From Nitrospiraceae bacterium (lineage in GTDB: Bacteria; Nitrospirota; Nitrospiria; Nitrospirales; Nitrospiraceae), in NCBI GenBank assembly GCA_037442105.1, contig JBBIQV010000017.1, forward strand, positions 1-53,182: 53,182 nucleotides of DNA. Direction: 5' to 3'. Shown here piece by piece: positions 26,619-36,415 of this stretch; the stretch's first letter is position 1, and each line of letters begins with the position of its first letter. Made by a program: the position numbers and the translations under genes. The notes under the pieces are model-generated. The model was not told the origin of the DNA. It saw nothing but the letters and a program-made list of their open reading frames with translations, and made no database searches.

Positions 26619-28304
26619 GTGGCTTTCAGCCTCGCGCACGATCCACTCCACCGCATCCGAGAGCGAGGGAACGACGGCGTCCGGCTCCGTCCCACCAGCC
26701 CGCAGCGCACCCACCGCCTCCTGGCTGCCTGGCCCTGTCGTGACCAGAACGCTCCTAGCTCCCACCCGCTTGGCCAGTTCGATATCGCGACTCTGATCTC
26801 CTATCACATAGGCACGCGACAGATCTAATCCGAGATCCGCCGCCGCCCGCTCGACCATGGCCGTTCCCGGCTTGCGGCAGAGGCACTGATCGTCGGGATG
26901 GTGCGGGCAGAAATACACGGCATCGAGCGCGACGCCTTCTGCTTCCAGCAATGTCCGGAGCTTGGCGTGAACCAATTCGAGATCCTTTAGCGTGAACTTG
27001 CCTCGCGCGACCCCCGATTGATTGGTGACGACCACGAGTCGCGCTCCTGCGCGTTTCAGCCGAGCCAACCCCTCAGCCACGCCCGGCAGCAGTTCAAAGC
27101 CGGATGGGGCACCGATGTAACCGGAATCCGGATTGAGCGTCCCGTCCCGGTCGAGAAACACGGTGACGCCGACCAGCGGGGCTTGCTCCGCTGATAGCCC
27201 CTCGCCCCTTGCCCCTTGCCTCCCAAGTTGCCTCACCGCCGCTTCGTACACGGCATCGACCGTTACCCCGGTCATGCATCGGTGATCGATCGGACATTCG
27301 CGCAACAGACAGGGTGAGCAATCGGCTGGCTGACGGATAAGCTGATGCCCCTCTCCAAAGGGAGAGGTCATCCGCCAATCGGTCGGACCGAAGATCGCCA
27401 CCACCGGCACATTGAATGCAGCGGCTATGTGCATCGGCCCCGTATCGTTCGTCAAAAAGAGCCTGCATCGCTCCGTCACCGCCATGAGTTCGCGCACGGT
27501 GGTCTGCCCGGACAGGACAAGCGCGCCTCCCTCTATCGCTCCGGCGATGACGTGTCCCAAGGCTTCCTCTCCACGCGCGCCGACGATCACCGCCCGCGCT
27601 GGGACTCCCAACGAGTCCCGACAATGCCTGATCAAGCGATCGACCGTCCGCGCGAATCGCTGAGGAAGCCAACGTTTGGCTCCTCCGTAGGTCGAACCGG
27701 GATTCACGCCGATGAGGAGGTCTTGCGAGGCGAGGCCTGCCGCAGACAAGCGTCTGGCCGCTCCCTCCCGCTCTTCATCCGTCACATAGAGTCGCGGAGC
27801 CGGAGGAGGGCCGCCGTTACCCAGTCTATTCAACAACTGCCAATAATAGTCGACCTGATGATCGAGTTGCTGACGATTCGGCACCGCGACCGGATCAGTT
27901 AGCAGGAACGATCGGCCGTCAGTGGCGTAGCCGTATCGTCGCGGGATGCCGGCCAGAAACGCGAGCAGCGCCGCCTCGAAGGCATTCTGAAACAGCACCG
28001 CCAGGTCGAACCGATGGCGTCGCAGGACTCCGGCGAGGGTCCATTTCCCGGTGAGACCGGCATGACGACCTCGGTCATCGTACACCACGAGGCGATCGAC
28101 CGCCGGATGGGAACCGAACAGCTCCGCAATGGCCGGTTTGACCAGGAGGGTGATCTCGGCCTGAGGATAGAGCCGGCGCAACGCAGAGAGCGCAGGCTCG
28201 CTCATCACCCCATCACCAATCCAATTTGGACCGCGAACCAGGAGACGCCGAATAGACCGGTGATCAGTGATCGGTGATGGGTGATGGGTGATGGACAAAG
28301 ACAT
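26586..28304 (-). CDS. waaF: Heptosyltransferase II fused to D,D-heptose-1,7-bisphosphate phosphatase (WaaF-GmhB)
   Basis: RGPNWIGD, NPGSTYGGAKRW, TNDTGPMH; then FLDRDGTLN, TNQSG, CPHHP..C.CRKP, IGD. Confidence 0.92.
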   Translation of the reverse strand: MSLSITHHPSPITDHRSIRRLLVRGPNWIGDGVMSEPALSALRRLYPQAEITLLVKPAIAELFGSHPAVDRLVVYDDRGRHAGLTGKWTLAGVLRRHRFDLAVLFQNAFEAALLAFLAGIPRRYGYATDGRSFLLTDPVAVPNRQQLDHQVDYYWQLLNRLGNGGPPPAPRLYVTDEEREGAARRLSAAGLASQDLLIGVNPGSTYGGAKRWLPQRFARTVDRLIRHCRDSLGVPARAVIVGARGEEALGHVIAGAIEGGALVLSGQTTVRELMAVTERCRLFLTNDTGPMHIAAAFNVPVVAIFGPTDWRMTSPFGEGHQLIRQPADCSPCLLRECPIDHRCMTGVTVDAVYEAAVRQLGRQGARGEGLSAEQAPLVGVTVFLDRDGTLNPDSGYIGAPSGFELLPGVAEGLARLKRAGARLVVVTNQSGVARGKFTLKDLELVHAKLRTLLEAEGVALDAVYFCPHHPDDQCLCRKPGTAMVERAAADLGLDLSRAYVIGDQSRDIELAKRVGARSVLVTTGPGSQEAVGALRAGGTEPDAVVPSLSDAVEWIVREAESHSYQRSAVSRN

Positions 28305-28353
28305 GGTCTATCGATCCTCTCTAGCCTCTCCCATCACTCATCACCCATTACGG
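28258..28353. repeat. Inverted pair of heptamer arrays (GTGATGG / CCATCAC)
   Basis: cggtgatcagtgatcggtgatgggtgatgggtgatgg ... ccatcactcatcacccattac. Confidence 0.8.
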
Positions 28354-29400
28354 CAGTAACAGCCGTTCCAGCCGTTCCCGGCCATCGAGAATCTCGGTCT
28401 GCAACCGGACGGCCCAGCATGCGTCATCCGGCTGGAGCAACGCCGTGATCTTGCCGGCATCCTTTTCGGTGGTGACGAGAACCTCTGCGCCGGCTTCCTT
28501 TGCCCGCTGTCGAATGCGCTCCAGATCGGAGACCGTATAGTCATGATGATCGGGAAAGATAATCTCGTCGCGTACGGTGAGGTCCAGACCGGCGAGAAGA
28601 TTCCGGAACGAGCGTGCGTTGCCGATTCCGCTGAATGCCACGACGGCCTTGGCTCTGAACCGGCCGGCTCCCACGAGCCGGCCGGTCACGGCATGAAGGA
28701 ATCCCTCCGGTCTGAAGACCACCTGAATCGGTTCTCTCCCGGTCGGTAAGGTATGTTGAAGTTGCGCCAGCATCCCGTTCGAAACTCCGGCCTCATCGAC
28801 ACGCGTGAGGAGGACGGCAGTCGCACGCGCAGCCGCCGACAGGGGCTCCCGCAGACGGCCCACCGGAAACATGGCGGCCAGGCCGGTACGGTCTGTCGCA
28901 TCGATGAGCAACAAATCGACATCCCGATGCAACGCGACATGTTGAAACCCATCGTCGAGCAGGAAGCAATCGATCGGGAACCGCTCCAGTACCCAACGGC
29001 CGAGTGCGTACCGATCGGCGCCGACCGCCACCACCGCCCGCGGGCATCGCTTGGCGATCAAATAAGGTTCATCTCCCGCTTCGGAGGGTCCGGCTAACAA
29101 TCGCCGGCCATCGGACACAAGCAGTTGAGAGGCTCGGCTTCGCCGGCGATACCCTCGACTCAGCACCCCGACTCGCCTCCCTTGCGACAGCAGCCACTCG
29201 GCCAAGTAGATCACGACAGGCGTTTTTCCCGTTCCGCCCACCGTCAGATTTCCGACGCTCACGACTCGGCAGGGCAATCGTCTGGTGGCCAACCATCCCC
29301 ACCGGTACAAGGCCGCGCGAAGACGGGAGGCCAAGCCATAGGGAAGCGCCGCCCACCAGAGCCACCAGCGGGTCGATTCGCCCTGACCACTCATCACCAA
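28348..29400 (-). CDS. lpxK: Tetraacyldisaccharide 4'-kinase
   Basis: [41 protein letters not shown]. Confidence 0.95.
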   Translation of the reverse strand: MVMSGQGESTRWWLWWAALPYGLASRLRAALYRWGWLATRRLPCRVVSVGNLTVGGTGKTPVVIYLAEWLLSQGRRVGVLSRGYRRRSRASQLLVSDGRRLLAGPSEAGDEPYLIAKRCPRAVVAVGADRYALGRWVLERFPIDCFLLDDGFQHVALHRDVDLLLIDATDRTGLAAMFPVGRLREPLSAAARATAVLLTRVDEAGVSNGMLAQLQHTLPTGREPIQVVFRPEGFLHAVTGRLVGAGRFRAKAVVAFSGIGNARSFRNLLAGLDLTVRDEIIFPDHHDYTVSDLERIRQRAKEAGAEVLVTTEKDAGKITALLQPDDACWAVRLQTEILDGRERLERLLLP

Positions 29401-30765
29401 TCAGCGTCCGGCTATGAGACCGAGCTGCAACTTTTCCATGAGCGGGGACGCCGCGGCGTTGCCGGTTGAAAGAAACGCCTCCACAACATCGAGGCTGCGC
29501 TGGAGCGCACCTTGATTGTCGCGCACCATGGCAGATGCCGCCTCTCCGACAGACCGGCGTTGTCCCCTGTCGCGAAGCAGCCCCGCCATTGCCGTGGCCA
29601 GCTCGGCCCCATCACAAACCTGCTTCCCTCCCCCGGATTGCAGCAATAAACTCGCCACCTCCGCACAGTGATCCGTGTGCGACCCGAAGAAAACCGGTTT
29701 GCCCCAGGCCGCCGGCTCCAGCAGATTGTGCCCGCCGACCGGAACGAGGGTGCCGCCCACAAACGTGACCGTTGCGAATCGGTAGAGCATCGCCAACTCG
29801 CCTCTTGTGTCCAGCAGGATCACGCGCGGGCCGGACATGGGAAGAGGACCGGTTGCGCCGTTCATCGCACTTCTCCGCAACACAGACAGTCCTTTCGCTC
29901 GCACCATCTCTTCAACCTGTGCCACGCGTTCGACGTGACGAGGCGCCAGCAGGAGCACCAGCGCCGGAAACTCCCGGCAAAGGGTGCGATAGCAGACGAG
30001 CAGTTGTTCCTCTTCACCCGCATGGGTGCTCCCGGCTACCACCAGCTCGTCCTCGTCGGCCAAGCCAAGATCAGCGCGAGAGAGCGGCCGGCCCTGCGCC
30101 GTCGCATCCGGCAGCGGCTGATCGAATTTGATGTTGCCGGTTCTGTGGACTGTCGCCGGCTCGGCTCCCAATGCGACCAGACGTTCTCCATCCCTGTCCG
30201 ATTGCACGAGACAGCAGGACACGCTCTGCAACATCCGGCGATAGAACGACCGGACGATGGGAATGTTCTGCCGGCCGAATGAACGTGAGGAGATCCGCCC
30301 GTTGATCATGATCGTCGGAACGCCTCGCTCCGACAGCATCCGCAGCACGTTCGGCCACAGTTCGGTCTCAACGAAGAGATACAACGTAGGACGTAACGCT
30401 CCCACCGCAGCCGACACCGCCCAGGGAAAGTCCAACGGCGCGTAGCAATGGTGCGCAAGGCCGGCCAGTCGCTGTTGCACCGCCTCGCGTCCCGTTTCCG
30501 TGACCGTCGACACCACCAGCCGGAGTTCCGGATGGCGAGCAGACAATTGCCGGACCAGCGGCGCCACCGCCACCACTTCACCCAACGACACCGCATGCAC
30601 CCAGACCACAGGACGGCCATCGTGTCCCACCGCATGTCCGACACGATGCCATCCGATTCCCATCCGCTGAGCGAACCCACGGCGGCAGCGCTTCTTCGCG
30701 AGGAGGATGCCCGCGATGATCGGGGATGCGAGGATCAAGACAACGTTGTAGAGGATGTGCCACAT
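29401..30765 (-). CDS. waaA: Kdo transferase
   Basis: WVHAVSLGE, ETELWPN, GNIKFD, APRH, GGHNLLEPA. Confidence 0.95.
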   Translation of the reverse strand: MWHILYNVVLILASPIIAGILLAKKRCRRGFAQRMGIGWHRVGHAVGHDGRPVVWVHAVSLGEVVAVAPLVRQLSARHPELRLVVSTVTETGREAVQQRLAGLAHHCYAPLDFPWAVSAAVGALRPTLYLFVETELWPNVLRMLSERGVPTIMINGRISSRSFGRQNIPIVRSFYRRMLQSVSCCLVQSDRDGERLVALGAEPATVHRTGNIKFDQPLPDATAQGRPLSRADLGLADEDELVVAGSTHAGEEEQLLVCYRTLCREFPALVLLLAPRHVERVAQVEEMVRAKGLSVLRRSAMNGATGPLPMSGPRVILLDTRGELAMLYRFATVTFVGGTLVPVGGHNLLEPAAWGKPVFFGSHTDHCAEVASLLLQSGGGKQVCDGAELATAMAGLLRDRGQRRSVGEAASAMVRDNQGALQRSLDVVEAFLSTGNAAASPLMEKLQLGLIAGR

Positions 30766-30770
30766 GTCAA

Positions 30771-30856
30771 CAGCGATCAGCTTTCAGCAATCAGCGGTCA
30801 GATCAATCAAAGTCACTTCGGCCCTCTGAAGCTGACGGCTGATAGCTGAGAGCTAT
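30771..30856. repeat. Inverted pair of heptamer arrays (TCAGCxx / GCTGAxx)
   Basis: cagcgatcagctttcagcaatcagcggtcag ... gctgacggctgatagctgagagct. Confidence 0.85.
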
Positions 30857-31526
30857 CCATTCACCGCTTCATCAGCTTGCGCGACGAGCCGATTCAACGC
30901 GGTTTCGAGTTCAATGCGTTTCGCTTCCAGTTGAGCGTCATCGGCATCGGACGGCACCCACAGCGGTTCTCCCCACAAAAATATCCCCCGTGAGAAGGGG
31001 TACGGGACCACGAAGCGATCCCAGCTCGCGAAGACTTTTTTTTTGAGCAACCAAAGCTTAACGGCACGATGGGAAGCCCAGTCGCTTTCGCCAACTGAAC
31101 GACCCCGAGTTTCGCCACCTGGCGAGGTCCCTTCGGTCCATCGGGTGTCACGGCCAGATCCTCGCCGGACCGTCCGATCCTGATCAATTCCCGCAGCGCC
31201 AATGCCCCTCCTCTGGTGCTCGACCCGCGGACCGCTTTGTGCCCGAATCGGGACACGATCCGGGCGATCAATTCCCCATCCCGATGCTGACTGATCAACA
31301 CGTTGGCTCCCGTTCCACGATACCCGACCGGGATCATGAGCTGATGGGCATGCCAGAAGGCGAGAATGATGTGTTTCCCCTGGCGGTACAGCGCATCCAC
31401 CCGCTCCTCGTCCTTCGCCTCAATCGTCATCGTCAGGCGAAGCAGCCGGATGAGCGCGGCGCCGATCGAAGGAAGCAGAGTCAGTGTAAGCCAATTCAGC
31501 ATCGTGAGTTGTGAAAAGTGAGCCAT
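30853..31526 (-). CDS. DUF374 lysophospholipid acyltransferase (LpxJ-like); needs a -1 frameshift at an A9 run
   Basis: LAFWH, ISQHRDGE, VRGSS, TPDGPKGP in frame 0; the family-like C-terminus SWDRFVVPYPFSR is in the -1 frame after the T9 at 31036-31044. Confidence 0.85.
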
Positions 31527-33325
31527 TAACCGTGAGAAGAGTCTCTCTCGACTTTCGACTTTCGACTTTCGACTTTCGACTCACGACTCACATCTTCCTG
31601 AAATTGCATCGCATGGAGCCGTTTATACACGCCGTCGCGCTGCAATAGATCTTCATGCGAGCCTGATTCGACGATCATGCCCCGCTCCATCACCACGATG
31701 CGATCCGCGTTCTGGATGGTCGACAGCCGGTGGGCGATCACCAACGTCGTCCTGTTCTTCATGAGATTCGCGAGCGCCAGTTGGACGATGCGCTCCGATT
31801 CCGTGTCCAGCGCAGAAGTCGCCTCATCCAGAATCAAGATGGGCGGATCACGCAGAATCGCCCGGGCAATGGCGAGGCGTTGACGTTCCCCGCCGGATAG
31901 CTTGACACCGTTTTCTCCGATGAGCGTCTGATAGCCGGCAGGCAGCCGCTCGACGAAATCATGCGCGTAGGCTGCTTTCGCCGCCTCCCGTATGTCCTCC
32001 TCCGTCGCCCCGGCGCGTCCATAGGCAATGTTGTCGTATACCGTGTCATCGAATAAGACCGTCTCTTGCGACACGATCCCGATCTGGGCCCGCACTGAAC
32101 TGAGCGTGCACTCCCGCACATCCACCTCGTCAATCAATATCTTCCCCTCAGTCGGCTCATAGAATCGGGGAACCAGGCTGACCAGCGTCGTTTTCCCGCT
32201 CCCGCTGCTCCCGACCAAGGCCACCATCTCTCCCGCCCTGATCGTCAGATCAATCCCTTGGATGGCCGGCATCTCCTGTGCTTCATATCGGAACGCGACT
32301 CCTCGAAATTCCAGGGAACGCTTGATCGGCGACAACACCGCGCGGCCGTGGTCGTCATCCCGCTCGGTCTTCAGATCCAACACATCGAACACCCGCCTCG
32401 CAGCCGACAACGCTTGCTGAATGGCATTGTTCCCGCCGGACAGGCGTCGGATCGGCGTATAGGCCATGAACATCGCCGTCAGGAAGGAGAAGAACGCGCC
32501 CGGCGTCATGGTCCCCTGGATGACGAGATAGCCGCCGTACCAGATGATGCCTGCGACGCCCACGACGCCGATGACCTCCATGTGCGAGGAGCCGATCGAA
32601 GATACCTGAATGGATTTCATGATCGTCTGCAGCAATGCCTTATTACTGGCGCTGAAGCGCCGCGCTTCCTCATCCTCACGACCGAACGCCTTGAGCATGC
32701 GAATGCCCGCCAATGCCTCCTGAAGTAAGGAGGCCATGTCGCCGGTCCGTTCTTGTCCGTGCGTGGCAAGACTGCGTAGCCGCTGTCCCATTCGCACCAT
32801 GGTGACGACAGAGAGGGGAACCACGACGACCGACAGCCCCGCCAGTTTCCAGTTCTGATAAAAGATCACCCCGAGCATGGCAAGAAATGTGAGGCCATGT
32901 TGAAAAATATCTTTCAAGACACCGGCCACGGCGTTCGCCATCAGATTCACGTCGTTGATCACCCGGGAGACCAGACGGCCGGACGTATTCGCATCATGAT
33001 ACGAAACAGGCAAACGGATCAGTTGCTGGAAGAGGGCCTGACGGATGTCCGTGGTGACGCGATTCCCGACATAGCTCATCAGATAACTTTGTCCATAGTT
33101 AAAGACACCTTTCAACACAGCCACGGCAAGAATCGCCAAGGGGAGAACCAGCAGGAGCGTTTCATCTTTGCTGATGAAAATCCCGTCCAAGACCGGACGG
33201 ACGAGCCAGGCATAGGCCCCGGAAAGCCCTGCAACAAGAGCCGAGCACACAAAGGCTGCCGCAAGTCTGAACTTATAGGGCCTGAGGTAGCGAACCAGCC
33301 GAATGAATTGGTTCATGTCCGGCAC
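31526..33325 (-). CDS. msbA: Lipid A export ABC transporter
   Basis: TM domain plus GSSGSGKT, LSGGERQR, ILDEATSALD; located between lpxB and waaA/lpxK. Confidence 0.92.
   Translation of the reverse strand: MPDMNQFIRLVRYLRPYKFRLAAAFVCSALVAGLSGAYAWLVRPVLDGIFISKDETLLLVLPLAILAVAVLKGVFNYGQSYLMSYVGNRVTTDIRQALFQQLIRLPVSYHDANTSGRLVSRVINDVNLMANAVAGVLKDIFQHGLTFLAMLGVIFYQNWKLAGLSVVVVPLSVVTMVRMGQRLRSLATHGQERTGDMASLLQEALAGIRMLKAFGREDEEARRFSASNKALLQTIMKSIQVSSIGSSHMEVIGVVGVAGIIWYGGYLVIQGTMTPGAFFSFLTAMFMAYTPIRRLSGGNNAIQQALSAARRVFDVLDLKTERDDDHGRAVLSPIKRSLEFRGVAFRYEAQEMPAIQGIDLTIRAGEMVALVGSSGSGKTTLVSLVPRFYEPTEGKILIDEVDVRECTLSSVRAQIGIVSQETVLFDDTVYDNIAYGRAGATEEDIREAAKAAYAHDFVERLPAGYQTLIGENGVKLSGGERQRLAIARAILRDPPILILDEATSALDTESERIVQLALANLMKNRTTLVIAHRLSTIQNADRIVVMERGMIVESGSHEDLLQRDGVYKRLHAMQFQEDVSRESKVESRKSKVERDSSHG
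31547..31587. repeat. (TTTCGAC)n heptamer repeat within the msbA 3' end
   Basis: ctcgactttcgactttcgactttcgactttcgactcacgac, encoding ESKVESRKSKVE. Confidence 0.85.
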
Positions 33326-34443
33326 TCCGCCAGCACAACCTCCGCAGCACGCCGTGAGGCACCCGGATCGCCCAGCGCCTGTCGTACGGTGCGCAAGGCG
33401 GATTGCATCTCATGATACGCACGTCGGTCGCCGAGCAGATGCAGCGCCGCCTCGCTGAGCCGTTGGGCCGTCGCCTGACGTTGGATCAATTCAGGGACAA
33501 CTTCCCGCTCTGCGACAAGATTCACCAACCCAATCCACCGGACTTGGACAAGCAGCTTTGCCAACCAATAGGTGAGCCAGGGCACGCGATACACGAGAAT
33601 CATCGGCGTCCCGATCACTGCAGCCTGCAGGGTCGCAGTCCCAGAGGCCACCAGCAGGAGATCGGACGAAGCCATGACCTCGTTGGCCTGTTCACGAAAG
33701 ACGCGAACCTCGACCGGACTCGGCCGCAATAAATCAACCAACAAATTATCCTGGATCGACGAGGCCTGGGCCAAGATAAATTGCACGTTGGATCGGGCGT
33801 CCTGCAACCGTTGCGCCGCCTCCAGCATGACCGGCAATAGCGCCCGGACTTCCGCTGGACGACTCCCGGGCAACAGCCCGATCACCGGAGCGGCTGGAGC
33901 CAATCCCAACTTCACACGAACGGCGGCTCGATCGTAACTCGGCGCCACCGAGTCCAATAGCGGGTGGCCGACAAAGGTACAGGGCACGTCGGCCTTGTGA
34001 TAGAGACCGGCTTCAAATGGAAGGATCACGATCACATGATCGACCCGCTGCTTGATCCAGTGCATCCGTCCGGGACGCCAGGCCCAAATTTGCGGAGCGA
34101 TATAATAGACCACCCGAAGACCGGCGGCCTTGGCAAAATACGCATAGCGCAGATTGAGCCCGGGATTGTCGATGAACACCACGAGGTCCCAGGGCTCGGA
34201 TCTGAAAATCCGGCGCATGGCAAGAAACCGCTGCACCACGGCTTTGATGGCCGAGGGGCCGATCAACCCGATGATATCCAGCCGGTCGATTCCCGGCACA
34301 AGCTGCACGCCCGCCGCCTTCATCGCCGCCCCGCCGACTCCCACAAGCATGACGGCAGGGTCCAGTTCCTTCAGCGCTTTCGCCAGATTCGCCCCGTGGA
34401 GATCGCCGGAGGCCTCGCCGGCGACGATGAGAATCCGTGGCAT
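33313..34443 (-). CDS. lpxB: Lipid-A-disaccharide synthase
   Basis: VAGEASGD, PQIWAWR, ILPFE, VGHPL, LLPGSR, SGTATL. Confidence 0.95.
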   Translation of the reverse strand: MPRILIVAGEASGDLHGANLAKALKELDPAVMLVGVGGAAMKAAGVQLVPGIDRLDIIGLIGPSAIKAVVQRFLAMRRIFRSEPWDLVVFIDNPGLNLRYAYFAKAAGLRVVYYIAPQIWAWRPGRMHWIKQRVDHVIVILPFEAGLYHKADVPCTFVGHPLLDSVAPSYDRAAVRVKLGLAPAAPVIGLLPGSRPAEVRALLPVMLEAAQRLQDARSNVQFILAQASSIQDNLLVDLLRPSPVEVRVFREQANEVMASSDLLLVASGTATLQAAVIGTPMILVYRVPWLTYWLAKLLVQVRWIGLVNLVAEREVVPELIQRQATAQRLSEAALHLLGDRRAYHEMQSALRTVRQALGDPGASRRAAEVVLAECRT

Positions 34444-34450
34444 CTCTTTA

Positions 34451-34525
34451 AGCTGGTAGCGGATAGCGAACAGCTACCAGCGGCTTCCTCCATGGTCCGG
34501 CTGTTCGCTGTTCGCTGTTGGCTGC
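34451..34525. repeat. Inverted pair of heptamer arrays (AGCGAAC / GTTCGCT)
   Basis: gctggtagcggatagcgaacagc ... gctgttcgctgttcgctgttggctg. Confidence 0.75.
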
Positions 34526-35490
34526 TCGCTTGCGCGGTGGCCCTGCATAAAGGCGTCGATCGCGTCCAGCACCTGATGGGCCAATTCGAGCGCGGCCAGC
34601 CCGTCTTCGCCGGACACCACCGGGCACGAGCCCTCTGTGACGGCCTGCAGAAACGCTTCGAGTTGGAGTTTCAGCGGCTCCGTATCACTCCCTTGTCGGT
34701 GCTCCATTTCCAACGTCACCCGCTCGCCGGACTTTTCGACGCGACGACAGATCATTCCCTGGCGTGTCTGGTAATCGATGGACAGGTACCCGTCGCGCTG
34801 AAAGACGCGCAGGCGGCGCATCTTCGCGGTCGAAACCCGACTGGCCGTGAGGTTGGCCACGCACCCGTTCCGAAATTGGATTCTAGCATTGGCGATATCG
34901 ATGTTCGGCGAGAGAACCGCCACGCCGGCAGCCCGCACTTCTTCAACCGGCCCCGGATCGAAAGACAACACCATGTCGAGGTCATGCACCATCAGGTCGA
35001 GCACCACATCAACATCCGTGCCCCGCTCCCCGAAGGAACTGAGCCGATGACATTCAATAAATGCCGGTCGATGAATGAAGGGGCGCATCTCCAGCATGAT
35101 CGGGTTGAACCGTTCACTGTGGCCCACCTGAAGAACAAGCCGCTGTTCCGCCGCCAGACGAATAAGATCCCGCGCCTCCTCCGGTTGCACCGCAAGAGGC
35201 TTCTCGACCAAGACATGCGTGCCGGCCTCCAGACACGCTTTCGCGACGGGATAGTGGAACGAGGTCGGCACGGCGACGCTCACGATATCGACCTCTTTCA
35301 ACAACGCGGCCTGGTCGGTGAACGCACGAGTCCCGTGCCGCGCGGCAATGAGACGCGCTCGCTCCGGGTTCGTATCCATAACCCCGACCAGGACGGAACC
35401 CGGCAACGAAGCATACAGCCGGGCGTGATGCTGCCCGAGGTGACCGACTCCGATGACACCGGCTCTTACTCGCTGCATACGTGTAACCAT
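34474..35490 (-). CDS. Gfo/Idh/MocA oxidoreductase, GnnA-like (UDP-GlcNAc 3-dehydrogenase)
   Basis: GVIGVGHLG, VEKP, VGHSERFNP, DVVLDLMVHDLD, LTASRVS; located between lpxI and lpxB. Confidence 0.8.
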   Translation of the reverse strand: MVTRMQRVRAGVIGVGHLGQHHARLYASLPGSVLVGVMDTNPERARLIAARHGTRAFTDQAALLKEVDIVSVAVPTSFHYPVAKACLEAGTHVLVEKPLAVQPEEARDLIRLAAEQRLVLQVGHSERFNPIMLEMRPFIHRPAFIECHRLSSFGERGTDVDVVLDLMVHDLDMVLSFDPGPVEEVRAAGVAVLSPNIDIANARIQFRNGCVANLTASRVSTAKMRRLRVFQRDGYLSIDYQTRQGMICRRVEKSGERVTLEMEHRQGSDTEPLKLQLEAFLQAVTEGSCPVVSGEDGLAALELAHQVLDAIDAFMQGHRASEQPTANSEQPDHGGSRW

Positions 35491-35570
35491 AGGTTAAGGC
35501 TGAGGTTAAGGTTAAGGAAAGACCGGTGTCTCGTGGCCTTCCACTCAACCTCAACCTTAGCCTTAACCTT
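35490..35570. repeat. Inverted pair of hexamer arrays (AGGTTA / TAACCT)
   Basis: aggttaaggctgaggttaaggttaagg ... ctcaacctcaaccttagccttaacct. Confidence 0.85.
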
Positions 35571-36393
35571 CTGCCAGGCCCACCACTGCGATTCCCGCCT
35601 GCTCCGCCTTGCGCAGCATGTCGTCACGATCCAGCAACACCGTCCGCCCTGCTTCCAGGGCCAGCGCCGCGGCTTTCACCGATTCCATCACCTCGATCGT
35701 GCGCGGCCCGACGGCCGGGAGGTCGAAGCGCAAATCCTGCTGCGGCTTACTCCGTTTCACGACCACCGCACCTTCTTTCGCGAGTTCGCCGCCCCGGCGA
35801 ATCGCGCCGTCGGTTCCCTCCACGGCCTCGACCGCCACGACGATCCGGTCCTTGATTACGACGCACTGGCCGATGTCCAACCGTCCGATCTCGCGCGCCA
35901 CGTCCCAGCCGTAGCGGATGTCCTCCCACTCCTTCTTGCTCGGCGACCGCCTGGTCAACGTCCCCTCTTCAACGAGGATACCGCTCAGACCGAACGTGGA
36001 GTCCGTGATCGTGATGCCCTCGCGTTCTAGTTCATCCGCCAGGCCGCGCAGGATGTCGTCGTCTTTCCACAAGGCCAGCCGGCCGGCCAGGGCCAGCGTA
36101 CGGAAGTCGGGACGTACGGTCGAGAAGATGTGCGTCTTCCTGATACCGCCCAGCATCACCGCCTGCCGAACACCGTCTTCCTTGAGTGCCTTGATCAGCT
36201 TGTTGAGCTGGCCGATCTTGATCCAGTGAATCCGCTCGACGTGCTGCGCCAGTTCCGGCTCCGTCTCTCCTTCATGCGCCACGGCGGAGACCGTGTACCC
36301 AAGCCTTTTGGCGTTATCGGCGAAGATGATCGGGAATCGCCCGTTGCCGGCGATCAGTCCGATTCGTTCTGCGCGAAGCGCCGACGGAGCCAT
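35563..36393 (-). CDS. lpxI: UDP-2,3-diacylglucosamine diphosphatase
   Basis: IGLIAGNGRFP, LDIGQ, AVEAVEGTD, KPQQDLRFDLPAVG. Confidence 0.92.
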   Translation of the reverse strand: MAPSALRAERIGLIAGNGRFPIIFADNAKRLGYTVSAVAHEGETEPELAQHVERIHWIKIGQLNKLIKALKEDGVRQAVMLGGIRKTHIFSTVRPDFRTLALAGRLALWKDDDILRGLADELEREGITITDSTFGLSGILVEEGTLTRRSPSKKEWEDIRYGWDVAREIGRLDIGQCVVIKDRIVVAVEAVEGTDGAIRRGGELAKEGAVVVKRSKPQQDLRFDLPAVGPRTIEVMESVKAAALALEAGRTVLLDRDDMLRKAEQAGIAVVGLAEG

Positions 36394-36415
36394 ATGCGAA
36401 TCGCCCGGCACGCCG

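Noticed and set aside
33964..36030. 688-aa plus-strand ORF
   Set aside because: Antisense shadow of lpxB, the GnnA-like gene and lpxI in GC-rich DNA; no domain motifs.
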